A stretch of DNA of 64,000 bases from Felis catus (Eukaryota): contig NC_058368.1 of the NCBI RefSeq assembly GCF_018350175.1, positions 86,368,001 through 86,432,000 on the forward strand. Reading direction: 5' to 3'. Shown here piece after piece: positions 39,101 through 51,517 of this stretch; within the stretch, counting starts at the first letter, position 1; every line of letters starts with the position of its first letter. The translations under genes and the position numbers were made by a program. The notes beneath the pieces are model-generated. The model saw only the letters and a program-made list of their open reading frames with translations. It did not search any database and was not told the DNA's origin.

Positions 39101-40925
39101 CCTAGGTCATGATCTCGTGATTTATGAGTTAGAGCCTCACATAGAGATCTGTGCTGACAGCTCAGAGCCTGGATACTGCCTCAGATTCTGTTTCCCTCTC
39201 TTCCTGCCCCTCCCCCACTCACATTTTATATATATATATCTCTCATAAATAAATAAAAATTTAATAGTTAAAAGAAATCTTGGTTAATGTATTCATTCTT
39301 CATAAGGATGCTCTTAAACCCAAATGTATTTGAGGGCTTTCCAATTTGTTTTTTCTTGTGGTGATTTAAGGTTTCCTGACATTGTGACCTGAAAATAAGC
39401 ATGATATGACCTTGATCAGTTAGTCCCTGTTGAGACCTGACTTGTGAACCAGTATGTGTTCTATTCTGGACAATGTTCCAAGTGCTCTTGGAAAGAATGT
39501 GTATTCTGTTGCTTTAGGATGAAATTCTCTTCATGTATCTGTTAAGTCCATCTGGTCTAGTATGCCATTCAAAGCCAGTGTTTCTTGTTGATTTTCTGCT
39601 TAGATGATCTGTCCATTGTTGTAAGTGATGCTTACTAATGATATAATTCTCTTATTCTGTTGTTACAGTCTTGTTTTAAAATCTAGTTTGTCTCACATAA
39701 GTATGGCTACCCTGGCTTTCTTCTGATGTCCATTAGCATCATAGATGGTTTTCCACCCCTTCACTTTCAATCTGCAGGTTTCCTTAGGTCTAAAGTGATT
39801 CTCTTGTAGTCAGCATACATGTGGATCTTGTTTTTTTAAATCCATTCTTATAACATTTTTAAGTTCATCTTAACTAGTCCTTATGTCTTTGATGTATGCA
39901 CAAAGGTTTCTCTGGTGCCTTCTTTGTTTTTTGGGGGGGTTTTTGTTGTTTTTTCAAGCTCAGCTAGTAGTCTTATGACTGTTGTTCTAAATTTTTGTTC
40001 AGATATATTGTTAATGTGTTTTGAGCAAGTACTTGGCCGTGATTTCTTCTTGACCTTTCTTTGGGAGAGAATTCCTCCTTTGTTTGTTTTTTTTTTGTTG
40101 TTTTTTTTTTTTTTCATTTTGGTTCAGTTTCTGTCTTTTTTGTGTGTTTTAACAGCTTGTTATGGTTTCTACACCTGAGAGTACTATTGTATTAAAAGGG
40201 GATCATACACTTTTGAGGTCCTGGCCCTCCAGGAAGTGTTTCTGGTACATGCTGTGTGCACTTTGCTTTTGCATGTTGGCTTCTCTTTCCCACTGGTCAG
40301 TCCTCTGCAGAGTTCCTTCTTGCTTGCAGTGGTGGAATGTTTGGACCTTTAAGTAGGTGTGCTTTCATTGTTTGTTGAAGTAGCCCTGGAAAATAAAAGG
40401 GTGGGGAAGTCTGAAACTATAAAAAGAAAAAAAAAGGGAAGGGAACAGACACAACAACAACAACAAACAGAGATTCAAAAATCTGTAAGGCTTATTTCCA
40501 AGGAAAAAGAAAAGAAAAAAAGGGGGGCAATAAAAGAGAAAAGAAGGAAAAATAAAAATTAATAACAATAATAATAATAAAGCCTGAACCACCCTCCCCA
40601 AAAAGATTAAATGACAAAAAAAAAAATCAGAAACTATGAGCCTGATTCCAAAAGAAAATAAGGGGAAAAAAAGAAAAACAAAGAGTTGTCTGTTGGTGCC
40701 TGGGGATGGTGGCTTTTCTGGTGTGGAGGAGAGGCTGGCTGAAGTGGCTGAGACTCAGTCTTTCCCCAGTAAATAAGCACTTGTTAGACACGGAGTAACT
40801 GGATTTGGTAAAAGTGGTCTTTCCTCCTCAAGGGCCACTATGTTGCTCTCTGAAGTCCCAGCATGTTGGTGTTGGAAGAAAATGGCATCCCCTCATCTCT
40901 CATTTCCAGACCAGGGATCTCAACC
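35735..40925 (-). mobile_element. Carnivore LINE-1 from 3' UTR to 5' UTR with internal deletions
   Basis: 3' UTR at 35740-36030, (TG)n at 36155-36210, ORF2, ORF1 N-terminus (INNISEQKFRTTVIRLL), purine-rich 5' UTR tracts; jumps at about 39630 and 39850. Confidence 0.88.
39059..39270 (+). mobile_element. Can-SINE
   Basis: Typical SINE body. Confidence 0.88.
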
Positions 40926-40970
40926 CTCAATGTACATCATAATTAATGGTATATTCATCAAGAAAATTTA

Positions 40971-41194
40971 GGGGCGCCTGGGTGGCGCAGTCGGTTAAGC
41001 GCCCGACTTCAGCCAGGTCACGATCTCGCGGTCCGTGAGTTCAAGCCCCGCGTCAGGCTCTGGGCTGATGGCTCAGAGCCTGGAGCCTGTTTCCGATTCT
41101 GTGTCTCCCTCTCTCTCTGCCCCTCCCCCGTTCATGCTCTGTCTCTCTCTGTTCCAAAAATAAATAAACGTTGAAAAAAAATTAAAAAAAAAAA
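40971..41194 (+). mobile_element. Young felid Can-SINE with TSD
   Basis: TSD aagaaaat(t/c)ta at 40960-40970 and 41195-41205; CpG-rich. Confidence 0.96.
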
Positions 41195-41981
41195 AAGAAA
41201 ATCTAACAACTGTAAATATTTATGCCCACAACTTGGAGCACAGAATGTATAAATAAATTAATAAAAAGCATAATGAAAGTCATTAACAAGAATACAATAA
41301 TTGTAAGAGACTTTAACACCCACTGATAACAATGGACAGATCATCTAAGCAGAGAATCAGCAAAAATCAATGGCTTTGAATGAAACACTGGACCAGATAG
41401 TCTTAACAAATATATTCAGAACATTCCACCTTAAAAGAGCAGAATAAACTTTCTTCTCTAGTGCACATGGAACATTCTCCAGAATACATCTCATAGTGGG
41501 TCACAGATCAGCCATCAAGAAGTACAAAAATATTGAGATCATATCATGCATATTTTAAGACCACAAACCTATGAAACTTGAAGTCAACCACAAGAATAAA
41601 TTTGGGAAGCCCATAAATATTTGGAGGATAAATAACATCTTACTAGGAAATAAATGGGCTAAACAGGAATTTAAAAGGAAATAAAAAAAGTACATTGAAG
41701 CAAATAAAAATGAAACTATGGCAGTCCCAATTTAAGATGCAGCAAAGGCCCAAGAGGGGAGTGTATTGCAATACAGACCTCCCTAAAGAAGCTAGAAAGA
41801 TCTTAAATACACAACCTAAACTTACATCTAAAGGAGCTAGAAAAGGAACAGCAAATAAAGCCTAAAGTCAGCAGAAGAAGGAAAACAATAAAGATTAGAG
41901 CAGAGATAAACAATATAGAAACAAAACAAAAGGAAAAAAAACAGTACAAAATATCAACAAAATTAAGAGATAATTCTTAGA

Positions 41982-42190
41982 GGGGCACCTGGGTGGCTCA
42001 ATTGGTTAACCACTGGACTTCAGCTGCAGTCATGATCTCATGGTTCATGGGTTCAAGCCCCACTTTGGGCTCTGTGCTGACAGCTCAGAGCCTGGATTCT
42101 GCTTCAGATTCTCTGTGTGTGTCTCTCTCTGCCCCTTCTCAGTTCATGCTCTGTCTCTTTCAAACATAAATAAACATGTAATTTTTTAAA
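41982..42190 (+). mobile_element. Can-SINE
   Basis: agagat..ttcttaga on both flanks. Confidence 0.9.
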
Positions 42191-43214
42191 GAGATGGTTC
42201 TTAGAAAGAATTAATGAAATTTGTAAACCCTTAATGAGACTTATCAAGCAGAAAACAGAATAGACCCCAATAGATAAAATCACAAATGAAAAAGAGATCA
42301 TAACCAACACCATAGAAGTACAAAAGTATAAGAGAATACTATGAAAAATTATATGCCAACAAACTGGACAATCTGTAACAAATGGACAATTTCCTATAGA
42401 CTGACAGACTACCAAAACTGAAATCAGAAGAAGTAAACAATTTGAACACCCATAAACAACAAATAAATTGAATCAGTTATCCAAAATCTCCCAAGAAATA
42501 AATTTCAGGGCCCGATGGCTTCCCAGGAAAATTCTACCAGACTTTTAGAGAAGAGTTAAAAGAGGTTCTTCCCAAACTAGTCCAAAAAAAAAAAAAAAAA
42601 AAAAAAGAAATGGAAGGAAAACTTCCAAACTATTAGATCCAGCATTATCTTGATCCAAAACCACAAACCCCCACTAAACAGGAGAATTAATTACAAGACA
42701 ATATCCCTGATGAATATGGATGCAAAAATTCTCAACAAGATACTCCCAAATTGGATCCAGTAGTACATTAAAAGACTTATTCACCTTGATCAAGTGGAAC
42801 TTATACCTGGGAATTCAATAGATTCAGAAAAAAGCACTAGATGAATGTAGTATCCTTTCATGATTAAAAAAAAGTGTTAAGTATAGAAGTATCATAACTC
42901 AAAACAAATTTATATAACAATCTCACATATAACTTTATATTCAATAGTGAAATATTTTTCTCTAAAATCAGAAACAAAACAGAGGTGCCCATCCTTACCA
43001 ATCCTATTCAAAAGGTAATGGAAATCATAGCCAGAACAAACAAACAAGGGGGAAAAAACATCCTATTTGCAACAGAATACGTAATATTTTATTTGTTTGC
43101 GTATGTTGTAAACTTATATACAGAAAATCCCAAAGAGTCCACCAGAAACTTATTGGAATTAATCAACAATTATAGCAAAGTAGTTGAATACAAACCAACG
43201 TAGCGAAAATATTT

Positions 43215-43390
43215 GGGTGCCTGGGTGGCTCAGTCAGTTAAGCATCTGTCTAGATCATAATCTCATAGTTCGTGAGTTTGAACTCCATGTTGGGTAGCAC
43301 AGAACATGATTGGGATTTTCTCTCCCTCTCTCTGCCCCTCCATAGCTTTCTTGCTTTCTCAAAATAAATAAATAGAATTAAAAATAAATT
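43215..43390 (+). mobile_element. Can-SINE (older)
   Basis: gggtgcctgggtggctcagtcagttaagc head. Confidence 0.85.
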
Positions 43391-43554
43391 ATTTGTATTT
43401 GTATAAACAACAGAACATTAAAAAATAAAGAAAAAATCTGATTCATAATCGCATCAAAAAGAATTCAAACCTTTGAAATACACTTAACCAAGGAAGTTAA
43501 AGGTCTACATATAAATGAATGTAAGAGCTTTATTTAAAAAATGATGAATATACA

Positions 43555-43676
43555 GGGGCTACTGGGTGTCTCAGATGGTTAACTGTCTGATTTTTGGCTC
43601 AGGTCATGATCTCCCAGTTCCTGAGTTCAAGCCTCACATTGGGCTCTACGCCGAAAGTACAGAGATTGGTTAGGAA

Positions 43677-43711
<35 letters not shown>

Positions 43712-43806
43712 TTCTCTCCTTCTCTGCCCCTACCCCACTCACACATGATCTCTTTCTTTCTCTCTCTCTCAAATAAACATTAAAAAATTAAAAATTAAAA
43801 AAAAAT
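43555..43806 (+). mobile_element. Can-SINE with TSD
   Basis: aaaaatgatgaatataca on both flanks. Confidence 0.92.
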
Positions 43807-45260
43807 AAAAATGATGAATATACAGAAAAATGAAAACATTTCATTTTACTGGGTTGGAAGAATTAATATTGGTACGTATTCATCATACTAATAGCTATCT
43901 ATAGATTGAATGCAATTCTTAAAAATTCCAATGGCATTTTTCATAGAAATAGCATAAGTAGTTCTAAAATTTGTATGGAGACAGAAAAACCAAATAGCCT
44001 AAGCAATCCTGAGAAACAACAAGAATGAAGGTATCATAGTTTCTGATTTTAACCTATACTACAAGTTTGTTGTAATTTGTATTTGTAATTTGTAATGTGT
44101 TGTATTTGGAAATACAAATAATGCTATAGTCACAATAGGGCACTGGTATAAAAATAGAAACATAGACCAATAGAACAGAATTGAGAGTCTAGAAATAAAC
44201 CCTTACATATATGGTCATCTAATATTTAGCAAGGATTCCAAGAATATTCAAAGGAGAAAAAAGAGTCTCTTCAATAAATAATACTGAGAAAAAATTATAG
44301 CTTTGAGTAGAAGAAATTGGACCCATATTATGCCAGCCATAAAATTTAACTCAATACATGTTAAGGGTTGAAATATACTATTCCAAACCATAAAACTCCT
44401 AGAAGAAAATATAAGACAAAAAGCTCTGATCTTTGGCAGTGTTTCCTGGGTACAATACCAAAAGTCCAAGCATCAAAACAAAAAATGAATGTGATTACTG
44501 AAACCCTTTTGCATAACAAAAGAAACAACCAAGAACATAAAAAGGCATCCTACAGAATGGGAGCATATATTTGCTAATCATGAATAATAGGTAATATACA
44601 AATTATTTAAAAAAAAAACTAATTCAGCTCAATGGCAGAAATAAATCTGATTAAGAAGTTGGCAACAGAAGTGAGTAGACATTTTCCAAAAATGACATAC
44701 AAATGACCACCAGGTGCACAAAAAGATGCTTAATCACTAGTCGTTAGTATAAGAAATGTATAGCAAAACTAGAATGAATTTCACTTCACATGTGTTAGAT
44801 TGGCTATCATCAAAATGACATGAGATAACAAGTGTTGGCAAATATATGGAAAAGGAAATCCTGGTGCTGTGTTGGTGGGAATGTAAATTGGTTCAGCTGC
44901 TACATTATGATCCAGCAATCCCAGTTCTGGGTTTGTATCAAAGGAAAACAAAAACAGAATATCAAAGATATAGACCTCCCATGTTCACAATAGCCTAGAT
45001 AATAGAGACAACCTAAGTGTCTATAAATGAATGAATGAATGGATGATGGGTGGATGGATGGATGGGTGCATGGATGAATGAATGAAGAAAGAAGATGCAG
45101 TATATGATATTTATGGTGTGTGTATATAGAATACTTATTTAATATAAAATATTCAGTTAATTTGATATAGATATAATAAAATGAATACCTCATTATATGT
45201 AGTCTAATTTTCATTACTGATAAAATCATATGAATTAATTTTTCATTAAGAAACTTTTGT

Positions 45261-45470
45261 GGGGCACCTGGGTGGCTGAGTCAGTTCAGTGTCAGCCTTC
45301 AGCTCAGGTCATGATCTCACAGTTCATGGGTTTGAGCCCTGTGTTTGGCCCTGTGAGTATAGCTCAGAGCCTGTAGCTTGCTTAAGATTCTGTGTTTCCC
45401 TCTTTCTCCCTGCCCCTTCCTCACTCACACTCTGTCTCTCTCTCTCAAAAACAAGTAGACATTAAAAAAA
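45261..45470 (+). mobile_element. Can-SINE
   Basis: Typical SINE body. Confidence 0.9.
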
Positions 45471-46289
45471 TGTTCCTTTGCAATAATTTTTAGAATAAAA
45501 TGGTAAAAATTTTATAAATATAAATCTATGTGCATATATAAGACATAATTTTAAGGATTCACTTATTTAATACTATGTATTTCCTTCTAGCACAGGATGA
45601 GTACTTTCATTTTACCACAATTAATGTATATATACAAGTGTATGTATATATATTTCTCACTTCAGTAACAAAGGTTTCAAAACAAACTATTGAATGAACA
45701 TTGAATATTTAAAGTAACGTTTGGAAATTTTTCATTCGTTTTTAGAAGCTTCCAGGAGAGGGTAAAGTGATACATATAGCTGTATTAGTTGTTGATTTAA
45801 TGTAATGATGAAATTTTGCTTCCCAAATTCCCTCTTAATTAAGCTTGAAAGGAAGCGAGAACAAAAGTTGCTTGTGCTTGCTAGACTGTTTTTTGGTCCC
45901 TCTCTACATCTCTTTCTCTGTACAGAGGCATAACCCTCTGTCTCAGGTTTTCACAATAAAAAATGATCCAGAAGTACTAAGACAAAGATGTAATGGGTGC
46001 ATGGAGATTCTTACATGCAGTACTTGCTAACATTATTGTGTAAGAAAACATGGGTCATGGATTTCAAAATTAAGTGTTTTCACTATTTAGAATCCATATT
46101 AATAGAAATTGAATGCTATTTTTAAATAACTTTTAATAAATGTTATTCATAGTAATTTTGTTAACTAAATATTTAATGCATGAAGTATATTAAATGTATT
46201 ACATATGTATTCTTGTATTAAATTACACACTTAGTAATATAAATAATACACACTGAAACAATACTTTAAATTATAAAAATGCATTAATT

Positions 46290-46640
46290 GATTTTTCTGT
46301 TTTGAGACATAGTTGATATAATTATACTATACTTAGGTGTACAGCATAATAATTCAATATATATATACATATATATATATAATATGTATATAGTAAAATA
46401 TTATCACAAAAAGTTTAGTTACCATCTATAATCACCCATAGTTACAATTCATTTTCTTCTGATGAGAACTTCTAAAACCTACTCTCTTAGCAATTTCCTA
46501 TGTACAAATGTACAATAGAAAATTGTTAACTAGAGTCACCATGCTGTTCATTACATTGCAGAACTTACTTACTTTTTAACTTATAAATTTTATAACTAGA
46601 AGTTTTTACCTTGTGAACACTTGCACCTATTTTGTCTACA
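46290..46640 (-). mobile_element. Old L1M 3' end
   Basis: ctactctcttagcaattt and gttaactagagtcaccatgctgt motifs. Confidence 0.7.
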
Positions 46641-46722
46641 TTTTTATGCATTTTTGATAGCAGGTTGTAATATTGGAATTATATTTTACTCTTTCATGAA
46701 ATACAAAAGTTCTATGAAAAGG

Positions 46723-47469
46723 TGTCATAGACTCTGGGTCTTCAGTTCTTTCTTGTCCAGCAAGAAAGTGGGACACAGGATTAAAAATGCAAGAGATGGC
46801 TAATGTCCAGGAGAAGACAGAAGCCCTGATTAAGGGTCTTTGCTCCGTTTTTATTAGGATCAGAAGGGTTATAAACATGGTGATGGACATGCACAAAGAA
46901 ACAATGAAACTGAACATTAACTCATGGGCATGAGGGAAAGAGGGTTTTGAAAATATGTGGGATTAGAGGTTTGGGTTAATACAAAACAAAATCCTGGCAC
47001 CTGGGAGAAGGTTGTTTACAGCACATTCAGTGAGGCCCTATGTCTTTTTACCTAAACTGGCTTAGGGGAGGAGATATACAGAGCATACTACTTCAGAGTC
47101 AGCAAGGCATCATTCTTTAGCTCCACTATGGGCAACTTTGCCCTGCAGTCACTATAGCCCTATTTACCTGTTTACCTAATTTTATCCTCCCTTCCTGTGA
47201 AAGCAGCTTTCTGCTATAGTACTAAGTTGGGGGGCACTTCTGCCCTGAATACCTAATCTTGTTTACCTCATCTTGGATGTTTTGATCATGAGACTCCCTA
47301 TTCCTACACTTTTGTCCTACACTGGGATCTTTGCCTCACTTTACCTATTCTTATTTACCTAATCTTGTTTACCCAAACTTGGGTGTGTACACCCTATGAC
47401 TTTCTAATTCTTTATGCCTTTTTAACCCATCAATGCAGGCTCAGGGAATTCCTAAGCTTATTCCCGACA
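46723..47469 (-). mobile_element. Solo LTR, 747 bp, probably class II
   Basis: tgtc...gaca inverted termini, 6 bp TSD aaaagg/caaagg (46717-46722, 47470-47475), minus-strand AATAAA at about 46850. Confidence 0.85.
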
Positions 47470-47578
47470 CAAAGGTAGGTAGATCCCATAAAATGTGACT
47501 GTATTATAAAAGATAATTTTTTATAATTTCTTAGAATTTTAGAGGGAAGACACAATATATTTTTAGATGTATGTGTTT

Positions 47579-47789
47579 ATTAAAAAAAATTTAAATGTTT
47601 ACTTATTTTTGAGAGAGAGACAGATGCAAGCAGGTGAGGGGCAGAGAAAGAGGGAGACACATAACCCAAAGCAGCTCCAGGCTCTGAGCCATCAGCACAG
47701 AGTCTTATGTGGGGCTCAAACCCACAAACCACAAGATCATGACCTGAGCCGAAGTCAGACACTGAACCAACTGAGCCACCCAGGTGCTC
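47579..47789 (-). mobile_element. Can-SINE about 140 bp downstream of the OR2AJ1 stop
   Basis: TSD ttagatgtatgtgttt at 47563-47578 and 47790-47805. Confidence 0.93.
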
Positions 47790-47929
47790 TTAGATGTATG
47801 TGTTTGTGAAACTTTATTATTATCAGGGTTTTGGAGATAACCACTTCTTTCCATGCTTAATGGTATAGAAACTTTTTTGTTTCTATATTAATATAGAAAA
47901 CACACACTTCAAGTATTTTTCTTACTATT

Positions 47930-48868
47930 TTAATGGAGAAAGTTACTTTTGAGCATATTTTTCATTGCCTCAAGGACATCTTTATTCCTAAAGCTGTAGA
48001 TTATAGGGTTGAATGTAGGTGTGAGGATGGTATAGAATATTGCCAAAGACTTGTCCTGGCCTGGAGTGTGGTTTGATTTGGGTCTCATGTATGTGAAAAT
48101 AAATGGCCCATAATACATTGTGACCACCATCATGTGGAAGGAACAGGTAGAAAATGACTTTTTCCGTGCTTCTGATGATTTCATTTGAAATACAGTAATG
48201 AGAATTTGGACATAAGAAGCAATGATTAGGGAGAAAGGGACAAGCAGAAAAATTAAGCCACTTACATAAATTCTTCGTTCATACAGTGTTGTGTCCACAC
48301 AGGACAACTTCAACATGGCAGGGACTTCACAGAAAAAGTGATCAATAGCTCTTGAGGCACAGAAGGGAAAGTGGAGTGCATAAGCTGTGTGGACTATGGA
48401 GTTGACAGTCCCAATAAGCCAGGACCCTCTAGCCATGACAATGCAGACATAGTCATTCATAAGAATGGGATAGTGCAATGGATGACAGATGGCTACATAG
48501 CGATCATAAGACATTGCTGCCAGGAGAAGGCACTCGCCACCCAGGAGAGTGAGGGATAGAAATACCTGGAAGCCACAACCTACAAATGAAATAGTTCTGC
48601 TGCCTGACAGAAAGTCAGTGACCATTTTGGGAACAATGTTGGAAATATGCAAGATGTCCATAAAAGAGAGATGGCTCAGCAGGAAATACATCGGAGTGTG
48701 GAGTCTTGAGTCCCTGAGGATAAGGAGGATTATGACTGTGTTTTCTGTTACAGTCATAATAAAAATGATGAATATAAAGGAAAAGAAAACTAGACTTGAT
48801 TGAGAAGAAGAGAAGAGTCCCAAAAGAATAAAATCACTGGTGAAAGTGTGATTTTCATGTCCCATCAT
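47930..48868 (-). CDS. OR2AJ1: Olfactory receptor OR2AJ1-like, intact, 311-312 aa (start at 48868 or 48865, not 48940)
   Basis: MGHENHTFTSDFILLGLFSSS, TEN in place of GN, LHTPMYFLLSHLS, MSYDRYVAICHPLHY, KSFSTCSFH and PTFNPIIYSFRNKDV..MKNMLKSNFLH closely match human OR2AJ1 as I recall it. The first 24 codons of the track ORF span a splice acceptor. Confidence 0.88.
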   Translation of the reverse strand: MMGHENHTFTSDFILLGLFSSSQSSLVFFSFIFIIFIMTVTENTVIILLILRDSRLHTPMYFLLSHLSFMDILHISNIVPKMVTDFLSGSRTISFVGCGFQVFLSLTLLGGECLLLAAMSYDRYVAICHPLHYPILMNDYVCIVMARGSWLIGTVNSIVHTAYALHFPFCASRAIDHFFCEVPAMLKLSCVDTTLYERRIYVSGLIFLLVPFSLIIASYVQILITVFQMKSSEARKKSFSTCSFHMMVVTMYYGPFIFTYMRPKSNHTPGQDKSLAIFYTILTPTFNPIIYSFRNKDVLEAMKNMLKSNFLH

Positions 48869-48885
48869 GAACGTCTCTTTTTTTC

Positions 48886-48902
48886 CTAAAGTAGAAAATA
48901 AA
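48886..48902 (-). promoter_or_regulatory. Probable splice acceptor of the OR2AJ1 coding exon
   Basis: Minus strand reads tttattttctactttAG|gaaaaaaagagacgttcATGATG, the same layout as the OR2L gene. Confidence 0.65.
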
Positions 48903-49196
48903 ATAGAGCTAAAATAGAGTAGTATAAATATTAAACTCATTTACATTTAGATGCACAATAAAATGAGAGTTAGTGATGCATATTTTGCAATTAAAGTTAA
49001 TGGAATGTCAACCAGTTTTTGAAGTGGGCTTGTTTCACAACATGGTCATTTATTTGTTTGAATCAACTTATGATATTGAGTACATTGAGTGAGCTATTTA
49101 CTCCATGTAGTCTCATAGTCTCAATTCCATATTCTTTATTTTGGTTCAATCTTTGTCAAGTGTCATCTTTTCCAGGAGACCTAACTGTAAACACTG

Positions 49197-49201
49197 TTTT
49201 C

Positions 49202-49296
<95 letters not shown>

Positions 49297-49316
49297 TTTC
49301 TTTCTCTTTCCTTCTT
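49197..49316. repeat. (TTTC)n microsatellite at an L1 tail
   Basis: Directly visible. Confidence 0.97.
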
Positions 49317-49657
49317 AATTGTGTTTCAAATTTTTATTTAAATTATAGTTATTTAACATATAATGTAATACTGGTTTCAGGAGTAGAAATTAGCGATTCA
49401 GCACTTACATATAACACCCAGTGCTCATGATAACAAGTGCTCTCTTATTGCCAATCACCCATTTAGCCCACTCTCTATTCACCTCCCCTCCAGCAACCCT
49501 CAGTCTGTTCTCTATATTTAGGAGTATTTTATGGTTTGCCTCCCTCTCTCTTTTTTTTCCCCTTCCCCTATGTTCATTGTTTTGTTTCTTAAATCCCACA
49601 CATTGGTGAAATCATATAGTACTTGTGTTTCTCTGACTGACTTATCTTGCTTAGCAT
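49317..49657 (-). mobile_element. Carnivore L1 3' end
   Basis: acttacatataacacccagtgctcat 3' UTR motif. Confidence 0.9.
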
Positions 49658-49987
49658 ACTAAATTTGGGGTGCTTTCACCCTGAATATCTAATCTTGTCA
49701 CTCCTATGTATTGGGTACCTTTGCACCATTTCTATTTTAGGTCTTTGCCTCTCCTTCTCTATTTTGGGGTCTCTATACCCCTCCCTATTTTGGGGTACCT
49801 TTGCACCTCACTATTCCTGGCACCTTTGTGCCTCCCTATTCTCCAGGTGTCTTTGCACCCCTCTATTCTTGGAGTGCCAATCTGGTTCACCCAAGCTTGG
49901 GTGTGAGCATTTTATGACTTTGTATTTCTTTATGCCTTGTTTTTCCATTGATGTAAGCCCAGGATATTCCTAAGTTTATCCCCCACA
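49658..49987 (-). mobile_element. Partial LTR (U3 end) related to 46723-47469, with ~25 bp tandem repeats
   Basis: Aligns to about 47220-47469 (ccctgaata.ctaatcttgt, acccaa.cttgggtgtg, ttcctaag.ttat.ccc.aca). Confidence 0.8.
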
Positions 49988-50624
49988 GGGAGAAATAAAA
50001 ATAATTTGGAAAAATGTCAGTTATTAATCAGTTTCTGAAAATGTATGATTATTACTAGGGTTATTGTTTGGCTTCCCTTATTTTTAGCAGGGATCGTGGT
50101 CTGACTTAGAACTTATATCAGATTGACTTCTTAATTTAATTACTGAAAATTGTACACCCAAATTCTATATCTACATATGACTTGGCTGTTTACCACATGT
50201 TCATTCTTATATGTATATTTTTATATATGAGAAAAGTGAAAGATATCATTTCAAAGTGATAAAGTGCATGCATATGACAGAAAAAGTAAAATATTTAAAA
50301 TGATTTTGTATGCTTAAAATTTTAAATATAGTAATTACCTGTACATAAATTACTTATGAAGGTTAAAGAAATAAATATAAATGAAAATAAAAATATAAAT
50401 ACAATTTTGAAAGACTAAATATTAGAGGTAAAAATCCATAGAATGTTTCAAAAATGATTTGATAAAAAATTGAAATGTAAAACTTAAGCCCATTCCCAAA
50501 ACAATAAATTTTTTAAAAATGAATAACCTATACTATTTAAAAGAATAATCAAAACTATCTAACTCCCCAAGCTTGCACATCCAGTCAGTTGGCACCAAGT
50601 TTTATAAAATGCCTTTCTTTCTAA

Positions 50625-51515
50625 GTGCAGCCACTGTGGAAAACATTATGGAGGTTCCTCAGAAAGTTAAACATAGAACTACCATATTACTCAGTAATTG
50701 CATTACTGTCTACCCCCCGCAACCAAAAACCCACAAAAAACTAATTCAAAGTGATATATGCCTCTATATGTATACAGCAGCATTATATATAATAACTAAA
50801 ATATGGAAACAGACCAAGTGTCCATCAGTAGATAAGTGGATTAAGAAGATGTGGTGAGGGGCACCTGGGTGGCTCAGTCAGTTAAGTGTCCAACTTCAGC
50901 TCAGGTCATGATCTCACAATTTGTGAGTTTGATCCCTGGTCAGGCTCTGTGCTGACAGCTTGGAGCCTGGAGCCTGCTTTGGATTCTGTCTCCTTCTCTT
51001 TGCCCCTCCCCCACTTGTGCTCTGTCTCTCTAGGCCTATCATAAATAAATAAATGTAATTTTTTTAATTAAAAAAACATGTGGTGTGTGTGTGTATCTTA
51101 ATATATATATTATATATATATACAATGGAATATTACTCAGCAATAAAAAATGAAATCTTGCCATTTGCAGGAACATGAGTAGAGCTGGAGAGTGTAATGC
51201 TAAATGAAATAAGTCTGTTAGAAAAAGACAAATACCATATAATTTCACTCATGTAGAATTTAAGAAACAAAGAAAAAGAAAATGAGAGAGAGAGAAGGGC
51301 CAAGAAACAGAATCTTTATTATAGAGAACCAACTGATGGTTACCAGAAGGAAGGTGAATAGAGGGATGGCTGAAATAGGAGGACATCGATTAAGGAGTTC
51401 ACTTGTAATGAACACTGGGTGATGTATGAATTTTTGAATCACTATATTCTATACCTGAAACTAATATAGCACCATATGTTAACTATACCATAATTAAAAT
51501 TAAAAAAAAAAAAAA
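50625..51515 (+). mobile_element. L1 3' end with nested SINE
   Basis: gcagccactgtggaaaac motif through the 3' UTR and A tail. Confidence 0.88.
50858..51075 (+). mobile_element. Can-SINE
   Basis: atgtggtg on both flanks. Confidence 0.9.
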
Positions 51516-51517
51516 TA

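Larger units (their letters stand above)
40935..42810 (+). mobile_element. LINE-1 ORF2 5' half (endonuclease to RT start)
   Basis: gactttaacaccccactg and atatccctgatgaatatggatgcaaaaattctcaacaag motifs. Confidence 0.88.
42815..45030 (+). mobile_element. Older L1M ORF2 3' half, followed by (GAAT)/(GGAT)n
   Basis: LYTENPKESTRNLLELINNYSKV (ORF 42985); agaaataaacccttacatatatggtca motif. Confidence 0.8.

Noticed and set aside
48869..48940. 24 aa hydrophobic N-terminal extension of OR2AJ1 that looks like a signal peptide
   Set aside because: Most of it translates the intron's polypyrimidine tract and crosses the AG acceptor at 48886-48887; OR homology starts at MMGHENHT.
46723..49987. Retroviral capture of OR2AJ1 between two LTRs
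   Set aside because: The downstream LTR has its own TSD, I see no PBS or PPT, and the gene keeps a splice acceptor and sits in an OR cluster.
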